From: Gordius albopunctatus | Taxonomy: Eukaryota | Assembly: GCA_964276515.1 (NCBI GenBank) | Contig: OZ193910.1 | Span: forward strand, 5,084,001-5,148,000 | Direction: 5' to 3' | DNA length: 64,000 nt | Shown here: in pieces, positions 45,641-58,624 of the stretch | Layout of the letters: each line of letters opens with the position of its first letter | Position numbering within the stretch: position 1 is the stretch's first letter | The notes under the pieces: model-generated | Told to the model about the DNA's origin: nothing | Seen by the model: only the letters and a program-made list of their open reading frames with translations | The model's database searches: none | Translations under genes and position numbers: made by a program

Positions 45641-46128
45641 TATATAGTCTTCTGCAAATGTGACCCTTCTTATTATTTTGCAAAAACTCTCATTCATTAA
45701 AAATAACACAGGTCTAAAAAAATATCCTGCAATCGAACCCATAATTCTTATAGAGAATTTTGCGCTGAAAAATAATAATCTCAGTTTTTTCCACAATTAC
45801 CAGTTTTTTAGATAAACGCGGTTGAGGTTGCCAAAAATGCCCATTTTAAGCCTTTTAGGCTATATTGCCACGGCATTTTTAATATTTAGCGAAAAATAGT
45901 AATATATTTATGTCGATCAAAGTTTCATCTATAGGTCTATTGACTTATTTTTTTTTACCTCTATATTTAACTTTATTCGCATTTACGTGAACCCCTTTCC
46001 CACTATGGTTGGAAAACGGAGTATATTAGAGTTCATACTACACAGGCGATGTTTTAAAACATCTCTCTCTCCTTTCACCTACTCTCCTCTCTTTCTCCTC
46101 CACTCCCGCCCCCTTCATGTGTGCTTGG

Positions 46129-48055
46129 TAGAGCTGTTAAGAACTAGTTTACTTTTTACTGAACTTCGAACTGAACTAGTTACTTTTCTAAAAATTGAAC
46201 TATGAACTTGAACTACTTCCTTTTTTTAACGTTGAACTTGAACTGGAACTAGTTACTTTTTTACTATTCTGAACTTGAACTTTACAATATAAATGAACTA
46301 GTTCATCACAAAAATTATTATTTAAATTCAATTTATAAGCCGAGTTTGATTGTTTTATAAACAAGACGATTTATTAAACGCGCCTTTAAATATTTATAGA
46401 AAACTGCAATCGAACCTGTATTATTGTCAGTAAGTGTATTTAATTTTTAAAGATGGATATTGATAGTGGTTCTACTTCTAACATATCCTCCGAAGTGGAT
46501 AGTTAACATTTATATAATTATACACTATTAACTTTTTTATAGGATTTTCAATAGAAAAGATGACAATCAGGAGGAATTAGTATCTCTTGAGGATATACTG
46601 GCTCGTGTTGGTTTAGAGGGCCAGGATAAAGAGGATTATGATTATCTCTCCAGACATAGGAGGTGTGCCTGTCACACGTTAAACCTGATTGCCACTACTG
46701 ATGTTAATAAAATTTTAAAGGATAACAACTTACTTACAAAAATGTACTCTTCCACTTTTGCCAAATGCCAAGCTATCTGGAATTCACACAGTAGGAGTAC
46801 AGTATCAGCTCAACTAACACAAAAACGTTTGGGCTGCCAAATACCATACCCCGTAATAACGAGATAGAATTCAACTCTCAATTCCATCTCTGTTATAAAA
46901 AAAATGACTGAAAAAAAAGCCAATGAATTTCATATGCTTTGTGATGAATTGAGACTTGACAGGTTGTCTTTACAAGAATGTGGTTTTTTACAAGAATACC
47001 ACTTGGTGAGTTACTGATTTGATTTGGTTGTATTTAATTTTTAAGGTTATGCAGCCACTAGCAAAAGCTCTTGAAATTTTAGAGGGGCAATCATATATGT
47101 ATATGGCATATTATACACCTACCATAAGCCAAATTCAGATATGTTTACAGAACATGGTTAGTTTGAAGTGGGGCGAACCCCTAAAAGAGGCTATTTTAAA
47201 AGGCAGTAACATCAGGTATTTAATATTGATTCTAATTTTATAAACCTTATGGGTTCAAGATTTCCAGATCTCTATGATGATGACAACATTATTGCAGCTG
47301 TCCTGCATCCAATGTTCAAAACAGATTGGGCTTGGATAAGATTATCAAAAAATCAGGAGGAGAAATATAGAATCTTAAAAGCTATTAATTCTATTTTGCC
47401 ATTGAATGCAGAAAATGTGAACCCCCAAACTTACAATGGGTTGGATTTCCTTGACATCAGACGTAAAGATTCAAATAAAGAAATCATTGAGAACTTTGTA
47501 AAACTAAACAATACATCTTTTTTTCGAGTTTCCCCATTTAAAACAAATTTTTATTAAATATAACGTTTGCCTCCCATCTAGTCCTCCTGTTGAAAGGCTT
47601 TTGAGATTAGGAAAACTCATATTTGGGGATAAACGTTCTTCTTTATTAAATGATAATTTTGAAAATAATATCTTGTTGAAGTCCAATTCCCATCTTCTTC
47701 CCCCTGATTTCTATTATAAATTGTAATTTTATATATTATATTGTTTGAAATGAAAAATAAAGGTTTTATACATGTAGCTTATTTAGTTGTGTATAAAAAA
47801 GCTTTATATGAAATTGTTAATTAAATTAGATTTTATAATAGACTATTTTTAATTTAAAATAAATTATAAGTTTAAATAATTAAACTTCATCATCAAATAA
47901 TATTTGATTCATAGAATTGTATAATTTCTGATTAGACTTAGATTAAATAACTAATTTTGGATCAGATAAAACGTTTTTCAACTGGATTCAATTTCTATAA
48001 TATTAAAAAAAAATGAACTGAACTTGAACTAGTTCATTTTGTAAAATTTGAACTA
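46129..48055 (+). mobile_element. Degraded hAT transposon with intron-containing transposase relic, inserted in the palindromic MITE
   Basis: Left end TAGAGCTGTTAA, GAACT/AACTAGTT subterminal repeats both ends; RRCACHTLNLIA, PVITR*NST, VMQPLAKALEILEGQ, AAVLHPMFK, LPSSPPVERL; right TIR missing. Confidence 0.8.
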
Positions 48056-48480
48056 AGAATGGGGGCCTGAGTGTAAGAGATCAAGAATGAGAGATAGAGA
48101 TGGCGCCTGCGTAGTATGAACCCTAATGTACTCCATTTTCCAGACATAGTCGGACGAATTTTGATAAGGGGAAGGGGTTCACAAAACCCCGAATAAATTT
48201 AAATATTGAGATGCAACCCAAAGAAATTTTTTTGTTTTTCCCCAAGAGAGCGATCTCTCAGCTAGGATATAACCAAAACCTCTTCGCCACCCCAGGTCGC
48301 ACAGGCCGCTCTTCAATGAGAGCTACTAACCTCCCAACCACAGGTATGGATATTTCCGTAAGAGTATCAGTGACGTCGCTATACCATACACCAACCATCT
48401 GCGCCCAACACCAGCGACATCATTAAGTTTTAAAAAATTGGAACCAGGCGTATCTTGCATAAAATACAACTTCGCCTACC

Positions 48481-48541
48481 ATGTTTTTCATGGATAAATT
48501 ATCGGGAAATCAATTCGCGATAATTTATCCATGAAAAACAT
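48481..48541. repeat. 61-bp hairpin with perfect 24-bp arms
   Basis: ATGTTTTTCATGGATAAATTATCG - GGAAATCAATTCG - CGATAATTTATCCATGAAAAACAT. Confidence 0.9.
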
Positions 48542-49385
48542 CGAATATGAGGGTAAAAATCTTCTAAAATATTTGCCTACCATAATCACCAGGGAGCTAT
48601 AAACTCCACGACAGATAACTTTGGACCTGACTAAGATGGTATTATCTCTCATCAAACCACGTGCGACGTTCTGGCAACCGAACAAATATATATATCTTAT
48701 GCGCAACCAGCAAAAAATTTGCATACCCTGGAAATCCGACCTCATCAAACCTACGTAGAGATGATATGGCATATCCCCAAAACAGATCATTACGGGAAAT
48801 AAGCATTCGAAAATAAATTCGCCTATGGGTTTAACGAGAACGCACGCAATACTAAATTTTGCACACAGATCATCGTCGTACACCCTAGAGGTCTGCATGG
48901 GCCGGTCCGGCCCGCGGACCGGGCCGGACCTTAAATTGAGCAATAAAAAAATGCGGGCAGGGCTTGGGCTTTGAAAAGTGAAAATTTTGAAATTATTTAT
49001 TTTCATACTCTAATTTTAATATAGAAACAAAAAATGCACTTATTAGCTTAATGATAATAAAAAAATTTATTTTTCCAAGCAAATCTGGTGGAACTCAAAA
49101 ATCATAATGTGAATAAGTTTGAATGAGATGTATGATAAACTAGTCATTTTTAATCTGGCAAAGATTTATTACCTTTTGAAAAGGCAAGCATCAAGTTAGA
49201 AGCGGATAAGACACCAACACTATAAAATATTACCCTTTTATACATCATTAAAAAGCATCCCAATTTTGTTTCCTTCAACTACGTGTAATGATGATCCTGT
49301 TGACTTAAAGATTTATCTACAAATTTAAGTCAAGAGCCCAAACTATGCTAATTTCAAAGTTTAATATCGAAAGTTATCATAAAAA

Positions 49386-50004
49386 ACTCGGGCCTTTGGC
49401 CTTCGTGGGAAGGGGGAGGGGGGAAGGGAGGGGAAGGGGGAAAGAGAAGGGGGAACGAAACTCATCTATACTCCGTATAAACGAAGCATATTTGATATGC
49501 AATTTATGGGCGAGAAAGGTCGGAAGGGGCAGAAATGACTATAGAGGGGTATGAAATGCTAAATGATTAGTTAATTATTTATGCAAATTTTCCATTTAAT
49601 TAAAAAAAAATTGCCCTCGCCGGGATTCGAACCCACATTAAATAGAGGCATAAGCCTTTGTAGCACAGGGACCCATAGAGGCATAGGCCCTTGTAGGGGA
49701 GGGCATAGGGTAATTATCAATGTTATTGTTAATCTATTAAAACGAAAAACGAAAAATTTGGATTTATTTGGCCAATGGTCATTTTTTCATTGGTCAGTAG
49801 CCTGCGGACGGTCAAAAAGTCATATTATTTATGGTATTAACAAGAACATAATATTAATTTAATTTAAAAAAAATAAAAAATTTGTCCTCTCCGGGTCTCG
49901 ATCCTCAACCTTGCAATTCGGGAAGCTGGTGTAAATAACTTGGTGAAAGACGGACGAGAGACGGACAAAAAAAACGAGCCCATAAATTGCATAGCAATTA
50001 ATAT
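49386..50004 (-). mobile_element. Short copy of the DINE-1/HINE-like family
   Basis: Same termini as 27736-29668 (CTCGGGCCTTTGGCCTTCG; GAGCCCATAAATTGCATAGCAATTAATAT) with one array unit. Confidence 0.8.
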
Positions 50005-51129
50005 CAACCTTTCTTGCTTCTTAGTTTCGCACGATGAAAATGTTACCCGAGTATGAAAGAAACTTCTTAAAAACTACGGTAAAAATATTTTAAAGAAATC
50101 CATGTAAGAAAATCCTGGGTCTTCCGACATAGATCTTCTTGCATAAGTGGTCCAACTATGATTAATCCAGCTCAGGTGTGAAACACTAAGCAATTATCTA
50201 TTTTTTTATTTGGGAAGATGATGAAACGGAAAAATTGAAGATTTCCACGAAGTTGATACATCTTAAATCAAATATAAACCTGAGAATGCTCAACTAGGTG
50301 TATTTTTATGGTCGAAACACCAACTTATGTTAGATACCAAACTTACCAAAATAAACTAGTTAGTTTTTGTCAATTCCAATGGCTACGGCTACAAGTAAAC
50401 TCACATTCAGTAAGGCAGTCTTATATAACATAGAAGAACGAAATTATTGCCTGATAGAATATATACTCTTTTAGTTTTAAATGACAATATTAAATTGTAA
50501 TTTTTAATTAGAACCGATTTTATATGTGTTAAAAATAAAGATACTAATAAATATCATGATAAAGATTTATTAAGGGCCAGGGGATGGGACATACAGTATA
50601 TATAAAACAAAGTTTTTAAGAAAATAAAGATTAAAACATATGTTTTTCTGTCAACTCGGATTTTGGCTTACAATATATATATATATAAATCTAAGTCCCT
50701 TTTTTTGAACGCTAATAACTTTTAGAGTTCTTAACCGATTGCCACCAAATTTGGCCAGATTATTGCCTTAGCATTGTAGAAGGTTTATAGATACTTTTTA
50801 TCAACCTGCGACAGCGGGAACCATGTTTTTTGGTAGTCTATACCGCCATCTAGCGGATTGTTCATACTACGTTTTTTGTACTTATTTATCGTTATGGTGC
50901 TACAAATTACCTTAAACTTTTTTCCACTATTGCTTTATCTTATTTTTCTCAATCTTTTACTCAACTACGCCCGTTTTTTTACAATATATAAATTTGTAAC
51001 AAATAAATATTCTAGATACCGTAATACATCACCATTTACTTAAATAAATATAACGCGCGTTTTCATAGACGTTCCCACTTTTCGTGCTTTTTTGCTATTT
51101 TTACCAAGTTTTTTTATATTACAACTTTC

Positions 51130-51540
51130 CCTATTTTCTTAATTTGTAAGGCTTGGAGGCCAAAGGTTGTTAGGGTGGTTGTCGCAATGGAACCAAAAAT
51201 TATAGTATTGTTAATTTCAGAGTAATTGAAAATTTCCGAGTGGACAGGGATATTTGTTGTGATAAGATGGGGCGAATACGTCAGTACATCTATAGTCCCA
51301 TGCTAAAATGAGTCCTTTTTCCCAAGCGCCTATAGATTGGCCAACGGGTTGTTTGCTATCTTCACAGAGGCCTGTGAGTTCAAGAATAGAGGGGATTTTA
51401 TAAGTTTGTTAACCGCGGTATGTCAAAGATACCGGGCTTTGTTGCTATTACAGTGTAGACCATGATGGCCATTCAATTTTAGGGAATTATTGCAAAGTTA
51501 AGAAATTTTTTCAGCAACTATTTTGTCATAATCTTAGGCC
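51130..51540 (-). pseudogene. Relic of a restriction-like endonuclease (RLE) domain from a CRE/R2-group non-LTR retrotransposon
   Basis: Translation across stops/frameshifts: C..SLKLNGHHGLHC...HTAVNKLI...SILELTGL...AWEKGLILAWDYRCTDVFAPSY...SIATTTLTTFG, matching the CCHC / RH..VN / EP.GL / W..G..L.WD..C.D..APSY pattern. Confidence 0.6.
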
Positions 51541-51919
51541 TCGGATATCGTTGTTCGATAATAGTAGACCGAGGTTACGACTTGGGAAAGCTTCGGGTCC
51601 TTCGTGACCTGAGCGTGGAGCTAAGCTCCTATGCGCTGGAAGTTCCTCTGCCGAAGCGCCATTAATAAGAGACTTTTTAGTGAGAGAGGAGGAATATAAT
51701 TTATTACACGATAAAAGAACAATGATACAAAACTTATAAAAGAGTGAGTTTATATAGCAATAGATAAGGATAACATTCAAATGAAAGTTGATTCTGTGTT
51801 TGTATTCTTTCTATTTTCACCTTGTACGTATTATAACCAAATCTTTCCAAGGTAAGTGTAATTTGTTTCCCTACAGATACTCCCCCTCTTAAAAAAAAAA
51901 ATATATATATATATATACA

Positions 51920-54900
51920 TTATAATTTATAAGAAAAATTTTGTGGAATAGTTATAGTTCTTCCATATCTAGAAAATCGTTGTTGAACAGGTAAAGTGTT
52001 ACTATCATCTTCTTTTCTTTCGATCCATGCTGGTTTAGGCCTATCAAGTGATATGGTTTCCTCTTTATTACTCTTTTCCACTATGAAAAATTTCTTTCTC
52101 CTTTTTAGTACTTTAAAGGGTCCATCATATGGGGGTTGTAAAGATTTTCTGACCGTGTCATTGCGCACAAAAACATAATCTGATGTTTTTAAATTGTTAG
52201 GGATATATTCCTTCTTATCATGTCTTCTGGTAGGGCAAAATTTTAGATTTTGCATTATTTCTTTAAGTCTAATTACATAACCTGGTTTTGATGAGTCTAT
52301 GAACGATTTTTGAAAATATTCCCCTGGTAGCCTTAACGTCGTTCCATAAACCATTTCCGAAGGGGTGTATCCGATATCTTCTTTAATTGTCGACCTAATG
52401 CTGAGAAGAATTAATGGTAGTGTTTCACTCCATTTTGTCGTATCTTCTTGTGACATGATGGAAGCTTTTAATTGCCTATGAAAGCGCTCAACTAAACCAT
52501 TAGAACACGGGTGATAGGCTGTAGTTTTGATATGGTCAAATCCTAATGTGGATGATAATTCTCGAAATAAACAGGATGTAAATTGAGCACCTCTATCAGT
52601 AGTTATAATCTTTGGGACACCAAAGTTGGCAATCCAATGTTGAATAAATATTCTTGCTAAATTTTCGGCTGATATATCGTTGATTGGTATTGCGATTGGC
52701 CATCTCGTAAAGCGATCGATGGCTGTAAGAATATGGGTGTAGTGAGATGAAGGTGGCAAAGGGCCTACCACATCCATATGTACGTGACTGAACCTTTCGT
52801 CGGTGTCGTCAAAAGTGCCAGGGGAAGTAATAGTGTGTTTGTTCACTTTAGACTTTTGACATTTTATGCATTCTTTTGTCCAATTCCGAATATCTTTATT
52901 CATCGAGGGCCACACAAAACTGCGAGTAATTAGTCTTTGAGTTGCTCGAATCCCGGGATGTGAAAGAGAGTGAAAGTGATCGAAGAAATCCTTTCTTAGT
53001 TTTGTTGGTATAAGTGGTCGAGGTGAACCTGTCGATATGTCGCAAAGAATGTCTTCTTGACAACCAGGTCTTTTTAATTTTACGAGACGTAAAGATTTAC
53101 TGTTGAGCAATAACTCAGTATCATTCATTTGGTTCAAGACTATTTGAATCTCATTCGGACAAATAGGTAAAGTTAAAGAATTTATGTCTGATCGAGATAG
53201 TGTGTCCGCTGTAATATTACTATTACCTTTTATAAAGCGAATGTCAGTGCTGAATTGAGAGACATAATCTAAATGTCGGATTTCTCTGGGTGAATAACGA
53301 TCAATTTTTGCCTGGAAAGAATAAATTAAAGGTTTATGATCCGTAAATATAGTAAAATTGCGTCCCTCTAGTATGTGTTTGAAATGTTTAATCGCCAAAA
53401 AAATAGCTAGTAATTCTCGACTAAATGTACTATAGCGTGCTTGAGCTGCTGATAATTTTTGAGAAAAAAAAGCTAATGGTTCTTGTTTGTGATTGCTTAC
53501 CTGATGCAAAACTCCCCCAACTGCTATGTTCGAAGCATCTGTAGTTAATGTTAACCAACTGTTTGATTTCAAAAATCCTAAATTGGTTGCTTTAATTATA
53601 CTTTCTTTTAAGAGAATAAATGAATTCATTTCTACCTCCATTAATTTAATATCTTTCTCATCATTGTTTAATAAGTCGGTAAGTGGTTTCGAAATTGAAG
53701 CACAATTTGGTATAAAACGTCTATAAAAATTCACCATACCTAAAAAACGTTTCAAACTTTTCATGGTTTGAGGAATTGGAAAATCCCTAATTGCATCAAT
53801 TTTGTTTGACAAGGGGCGTATGCCATTTTGATCGACATGATGACCGAGAAAGTTTAATGATTTTACCCCCAAAGAACATTTTGATAGATTTATGCGAATA
53901 CCGTATGTTTGTAATCGTTTAAAAACTGTTGAGAGGTGTAATTTGTGTTCATGTTCTGTGGAACTGGCGATAAGTATATCATCGATGTAAGCATACACAA
54001 AATCCAAACCATTAAAAATTTCATCTATGAGGCGCTGAAATGTTTGTGCTGCGTTCCGCACTCCGAACGGCATTCTTACAAATTCAAACAGTCCAAAAGG
54101 TGTCGTGATTGCGGTCTTAGGGATGTCCTCTGGTGCCATCGGAATTTGATGGTAAGCTTTTACTAAATCCAACTTTGAAAAAATGCATTTACCTGTTAGA
54201 TTTAAAGCGAAATCATGTAGATGTGGAATGGGGTATCTATCAGGTTTTGTTGCGTAATTAAGCATTCTAAAATCTCCACATGGACGCCATGTCCCTGGGG
54301 TCTCTTTTGGTACCATATGTAAGGGGGATGACCATTTACTATGTGAGGGTTTTATTATGCCTAATCTACTCATCTCTTCAAATTCTTTTTTTGCTATTTT
54401 AAATTTTTCGGGGTTTAAACGTCGTGGAGAACAATGTATCGCTGGTCCTTTCGTTATTATATGGTGTTGGGTATTATGTTTCACTTTCTCATTAAAATCT
54501 GGTGGCTTTGTAATATCAGGAAATTGTTTTAATATAGAGTAAAAATCATTATCCTGTGGAATTGGACTGTTTATAGATGACATTGAGGAATTGGTTATAT
54601 TCGATAATTTTAGAGAATAATTTTGTGGATTAATTATGCGTTTATTTTTAACATCAATTATTAAACCAAAGCGTGATATAAAATCTGAACCTAATATCGG
54701 TGAATGAACGTCTGCGATCAAAAAAGTCCAGTTAAATTCTCTTTTTAAACCTATATCTAATTTTAACGATATTTGTCCGTAAGTATTTATATTGCTCGAA
54801 TTAGCTGCTTTTAAACATAATTTATTTAATGTTACTTTAGTTTTTGTTGTCGGTGGAATTACACTAATTTGGGCTCCCGTGTCAATCAGATAACGTAAAC

Positions 54901-55042
54901 CTGATATTTTGTCAAAAACATAGAAAAGGCTATTATGGTTGATATGGCCGAATCCAGCTATCGCCTTTACTGGTAGGCCTGCCTGTTTAACCCTTTTCCA
55001 AAATAACATGGTTCGACACACTTCCTGGCGTTGGATCCCCAA
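51920..55042 (-). CDS. pol: Pol polyprotein (PR-RT-RNase H-IN), uninterrupted; -1 frame relative to gag end
   Basis: [45 protein letters not shown]...[28 protein letters not shown]. Confidence 0.95.
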   Translation of the reverse strand: MGIQRQEVCRTMLFWKRVKQAGLPVKAIAGFGHINHNSLFYVFDKISGLRYLIDTGAQISVIPPTTKTKVTLNKLCLKAANSSNINTYGQISLKLDIGLKREFNWTFLIADVHSPILGSDFISRFGLIIDVKNKRIINPQNYSLKLSNITNSSMSSINSPIPQDNDFYSILKQFPDITKPPDFNEKVKHNTQHHIITKGPAIHCSPRRLNPEKFKIAKKEFEEMSRLGIIKPSHSKWSSPLHMVPKETPGTWRPCGDFRMLNYATKPDRYPIPHLHDFALNLTGKCIFSKLDLVKAYHQIPMAPEDIPKTAITTPFGLFEFVRMPFGVRNAAQTFQRLIDEIFNGLDFVYAYIDDILIASSTEHEHKLHLSTVFKRLQTYGIRINLSKCSLGVKSLNFLGHHVDQNGIRPLSNKIDAIRDFPIPQTMKSLKRFLGMVNFYRRFIPNCASISKPLTDLLNNDEKDIKLMEVEMNSFILLKESIIKATNLGFLKSNSWLTLTTDASNIAVGGVLHQVSNHKQEPLAFFSQKLSAAQARYSTFSRELLAIFLAIKHFKHILEGRNFTIFTDHKPLIYSFQAKIDRYSPREIRHLDYVSQFSTDIRFIKGNSNITADTLSRSDINSLTLPICPNEIQIVLNQMNDTELLLNSKSLRLVKLKRPGCQEDILCDISTGSPRPLIPTKLRKDFFDHFHSLSHPGIRATQRLITRSFVWPSMNKDIRNWTKECIKCQKSKVNKHTITSPGTFDDTDERFSHVHMDVVGPLPPSSHYTHILTAIDRFTRWPIAIPINDISAENLARIFIQHWIANFGVPKIITTDRGAQFTSCLFRELSSTLGFDHIKTTAYHPCSNGLVERFHRQLKASIMSQEDTTKWSETLPLILLSIRSTIKEDIGYTPSEMVYGTTLRLPGEYFQKSFIDSSKPGYVIRLKEIMQNLKFCPTRRHDKKEYIPNNLKTSDYVFVRNDTVRKSLQPPYDGPFKVLKRRKKFFIVEKSNKEETISLDRPKPAWIERKEDDSNTLPVQQRFSRYGRTITIPQNFSYKL

Positions 55043-55727
55043 GTTTCATGATACCAGCACAATGGTCTGTTGTTTGAAATCCCAGAAGAGTGAAAAGGGG
55101 TCTGGGGTTGACCTATATTTTCTAATGTCCTATTTAAAGCAGATAAAACCTCTGTTAGTTCTTTGGGGTATGCATCAGTGGAGTGTTTTTTTTGGTTATG
55201 AATGTTATTAACATAATTAGTTGTTTTTTTGACAGCACGATGCGGTCGGCTGTTTCAGCCAATTTCTCCAGTGTAGTATCTTCATTAAACGAGACCAATA
55301 TGGGAATGAGTTCACAAGGCAATTTGTTGAGCCAGAGTTCCTTTAGAATCTTTTGGTCAAGAACGTATGTTCCCACTAAACTCTTCATGTATCGTAAAAG
55401 TTGCGATGGGGATCTATCCCCTAAATCCACTGCCTTTAGAAATTCCATCAATCTTGATTCATCTGATTCGCCAACCCTCTTGATAAGTGCTTGTTTGAGT
55501 TTCTGAAATGGTTCATCAGTTGGAATATTAATGATTAAATCCTCCACCTCTTCAGCAATTTCGGGTGGTAACGTTTCAAGAATATAACCAAATTTTGATT
55601 TTTCGGAGGTAATTCTTCTTGCCTGGAATACGGCCTCTGCCTGGGCCAACCAAATTCTGACATTTCTGCGATAAAATGTGGGTATCTTCAGCTGTATAGT
55701 TGCTTCAATCTCTTGTTTATTTTCCAT
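54966..55727 (-). CDS. gag: Gag, split by a frameshift in an A-run (~55185-55230)
   Basis: N-part 55727-55155 (IPTFY...[19 protein letters not shown]); shifted frame continues to [18 protein letters not shown] (CHCC) and GLNRQAYQ*. Confidence 0.85.
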
Positions 55728-58624
55728 TTTAATGAATAATATTTAGGAAAAAAAAATTGTTTGCGAACGATAACTAATTAATCTCTGAGATTGTTGAGGG
55801 GAAAAAAGGTCGGGGTCACCATTTTTAGTGAGAGAGGAGGAATATAATTTATTACACGATAAAAGAACAATGATCCGAAACTTATAAAAGAGTGAGTTTA
55901 TATAGCGATAGATAACGATAACATTCAAATGAAAGTTGATTCTGTGTTTGTATTCTTTCTATTTTCACCTTGTACGTATTATAACCAAATCTTTCCAAGG
56001 TAAGTGTAATTTGTTTCCCTACAACTTTAAGAGGCACTCTGACAGAGATTCCAACACTTTTGAGTGTTTACTCAGGGGTTTGATAGATTTTAAACGACTT
56101 CATTAAACCAAATTTTAAGGTGTTTTTCTACCATTTCTTCATTTTATTACTGTAGATTTTAGGCTATTACGATACACAACTAACTATACACGCATTACTA
56201 AAATTTATCTCTGAATTGTCAAACATTATCATCATTGTCAAACATTATCATTGACTTTTGTATATGTCACTCAACTATGCATGTTATCGCTAAACATCGC
56301 TACCTAATAATATATAAAACTGTTATAAATCTATTTGATTAATAATAAATATGGCTTTTTTATTAAGCTAATATTTATTTGCATAATATAAAAATATATT
56401 TTTTCACATCACAAACACTCTTTCAGCTGACCCAAATTCTTTCATATATTTTCTATTGATAGGTACCAATTATTTAGCCAAATAAGTACTAAGGCAAAGC
56501 AACGCTTGGCCGGGCACAGCTAGTATTAAACTATATAATTATAGCAATAATATAATCTGTAGACAATGATATAAAAATATACGTATTCACATATATGACA
56601 ATATGCTATATTTAAATTATTTCACGAACAATACAAAAAAAAATTTATACAAAAAAATAATTTTGAAACAGCGTAGACTTGTTTTTACTCGTGCGGGCCT
56701 GATGCGGCGCAATTTTTGGGATTTTATTGCGGGTCGGGTGCGGGCCAAAAAATTTATTTTTGTGTGGGTATGGGCCAGGCCTGAACCTAAAATTTCGGCC
56801 CATGCAGACCTCTAGTACACCCACTGCTCTGTACCGGCAAAAATTCCTTCGGGCTTGGCCCTACCGTCCCTTGCACCGGCATTACTCACTGCATATTGAC
56901 CACACTGTCCTGTACAGGCAACTTTCATGCACAAAGTTACGTACCATCGCCTCGTTTTATCCACCCGCCATCTTCCAATCATCAAGCGGATTATATTATC
57001 AGTAATATCAAATGGCTAAATGATCTATTTTGGATGTAAACAAAAATTTAAAAATCAATTTTTATAGTATGTATTCAGTAAATTCATATAACAAAAATAA
57101 TAAATTATGAAACTAGTAATTTTGTAACAAAATGGATTATAAATTTAATCCGAGAAGGAAATTAAAATTTAAAGCGATGAACACAAACTAGACGTGTACT
57201 ATATTATTTAATTAAATTAATGAATTTACATTTCATAAAAAGTAACTTTAACTTTCGTTGAATAGTTTAAATTAATTTAAACAACTACAGTTACAGTTCC
57301 TATGAAGTAAAGTTACTGATAATGAAGAATTTAAAGTAAAAGGGTCATAGTAAAAAATTAATAAAGGATTAATAGAAATTTTAACATGTTGAACAAATTA
57401 TTTTGGGGTTTGCAACTTTTTATTAAAATTATGATAAATATAGTGCAGTTTGGTACTTTGAAAATACATGGTAGGCATAACACACTTAATCGGGTACATA
57501 AATTATATACATAATAGAGCAATTGTCCCTCAAGAGTGGCTTTTCCACAGCGTAATTGTTATTTTAATAATAAGCAATTAAGTAATCCATCATTACATAC
57601 CCCAAACCAAAGTAAATGATTTGTGTTTCCGCACGTAAAGCACCTCACTCTCTTGGTTAATTTATTAACTAACTGTCCAATTAAAATGCCCAATAAAAAA
57701 TAACAAGGTAATCAATATATTCATATAAATCACCCAACAAATTTCTTAAATCAAGTCGATTATCGCTTTTACCAAACATGCTAAAATATATTTTTTAAAA
57801 TTAATAATTAATGAAATTAATAAAATCACGAAATATATTATATAATAAATTAACATACCTTTTTATAACGCTGGTTTCCGTGTGTGTCCATTACGAATTT
57901 CGTGGGTGGAACAGGTGGTTGGGTCAAGTGTTTGGGATCTTCCAATTTCGATCGTTCGTTTTCTGGTCCTTGTTTAAGGTTTCCTGTTGATATTTTGTTC
58001 CTTTCGATGTTCATCGTAGTACGTCACCTATTATAAAATATAAATGCTGCCCGATCCCTAATACAGGATCAGTAGCCATATTCACCTCTACATCAACACC
58101 CTTCTACGTTATAACAACTTTTATTTCCAATCAACACACCAAATTTTCATATTGATATATAGGGAATAATTCTATAAATGACATAGCACACAGGGAATAA
58201 TTTATATCAATAACCGGTCAATCGGGTACATAAATTATATACATAATAGGGCAATTATCCCTCAAGAGTGGCTTTTCACTCCTTCCTTTCTTCCAGTTTG
58301 AAACTCTTTAACCTTTCTCCAATTTCTTCCCAAATGTTTGTTGGGGTCTAGCATTCGTCTGGGTTTCTACATCCGTCTGGGTCCCTATACTTCTAAAGTT
58401 GTCTTCCTTCTTCGCCTTCTCCACCTTTTCCCTCGTCCATTTCTTCTTAATCCCTCTCGTGGTACACTTTCTTCCCCTGCTCCTCCAGGGGCACGTCTGC
58501 CAGCGATGAGTTCCTCGCTCATCACATATATAACAAATTATTCCTTCGACCTGCACTTCCGACCCATAGTAACACTGCCAAGTTCTATGGCTGTCATCCT
58601 TCGAGCACCCCTTACATTGGAGCT

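Larger units (their letters stand above)
51676..56023 (-). mobile_element. Full-length Gypsy LTR retrotransposon, CsRn1 clade
   Basis: 200-bp LTRs 51676-51875 and 55824-56023 (4 differences counted); 4-bp TSD ACTT; PBS TGGTGACCCCGAC (tRNA-Trp type); PPT AAGAGGGGGAG; Gag CHCC motif. Confidence 0.95.
50671..56523 (+). mobile_element. Non-autonomous Helitron (interrupted)
   Basis: 5' (TA)n-AAATCT...AACCGATTGCCACCAAATTTGG resembling the start of 61433-62335; 3' hairpin GCAAAGC-AAC-GCTTGGC then CGGGCACAGCTAG|T. 5' TC not clear; pairing of the ends is inferred. Confidence 0.6.
48886..56814 (+). mobile_element. hAT element expanded to 7.9 kb by nested insertions
   Basis: 19-bp perfect TIR TAGAGGTCTGCATGGGCCG; 8-bp TSD GTACACCC (48878-48885, 56815-56822); dimerisation relic FLSIPMATATS...FSKA at ~50365-50420. 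Confidence 0.92.

Noticed and set aside
49612..49636. Possible tRNA gene
   Set aside because: Only a T-arm/acceptor-like half is visible; no full cloverleaf could be built.
51996..55506. Plus-strand ORFs within the Gypsy element
   Set aside because: Antisense shadows of gag/pol.
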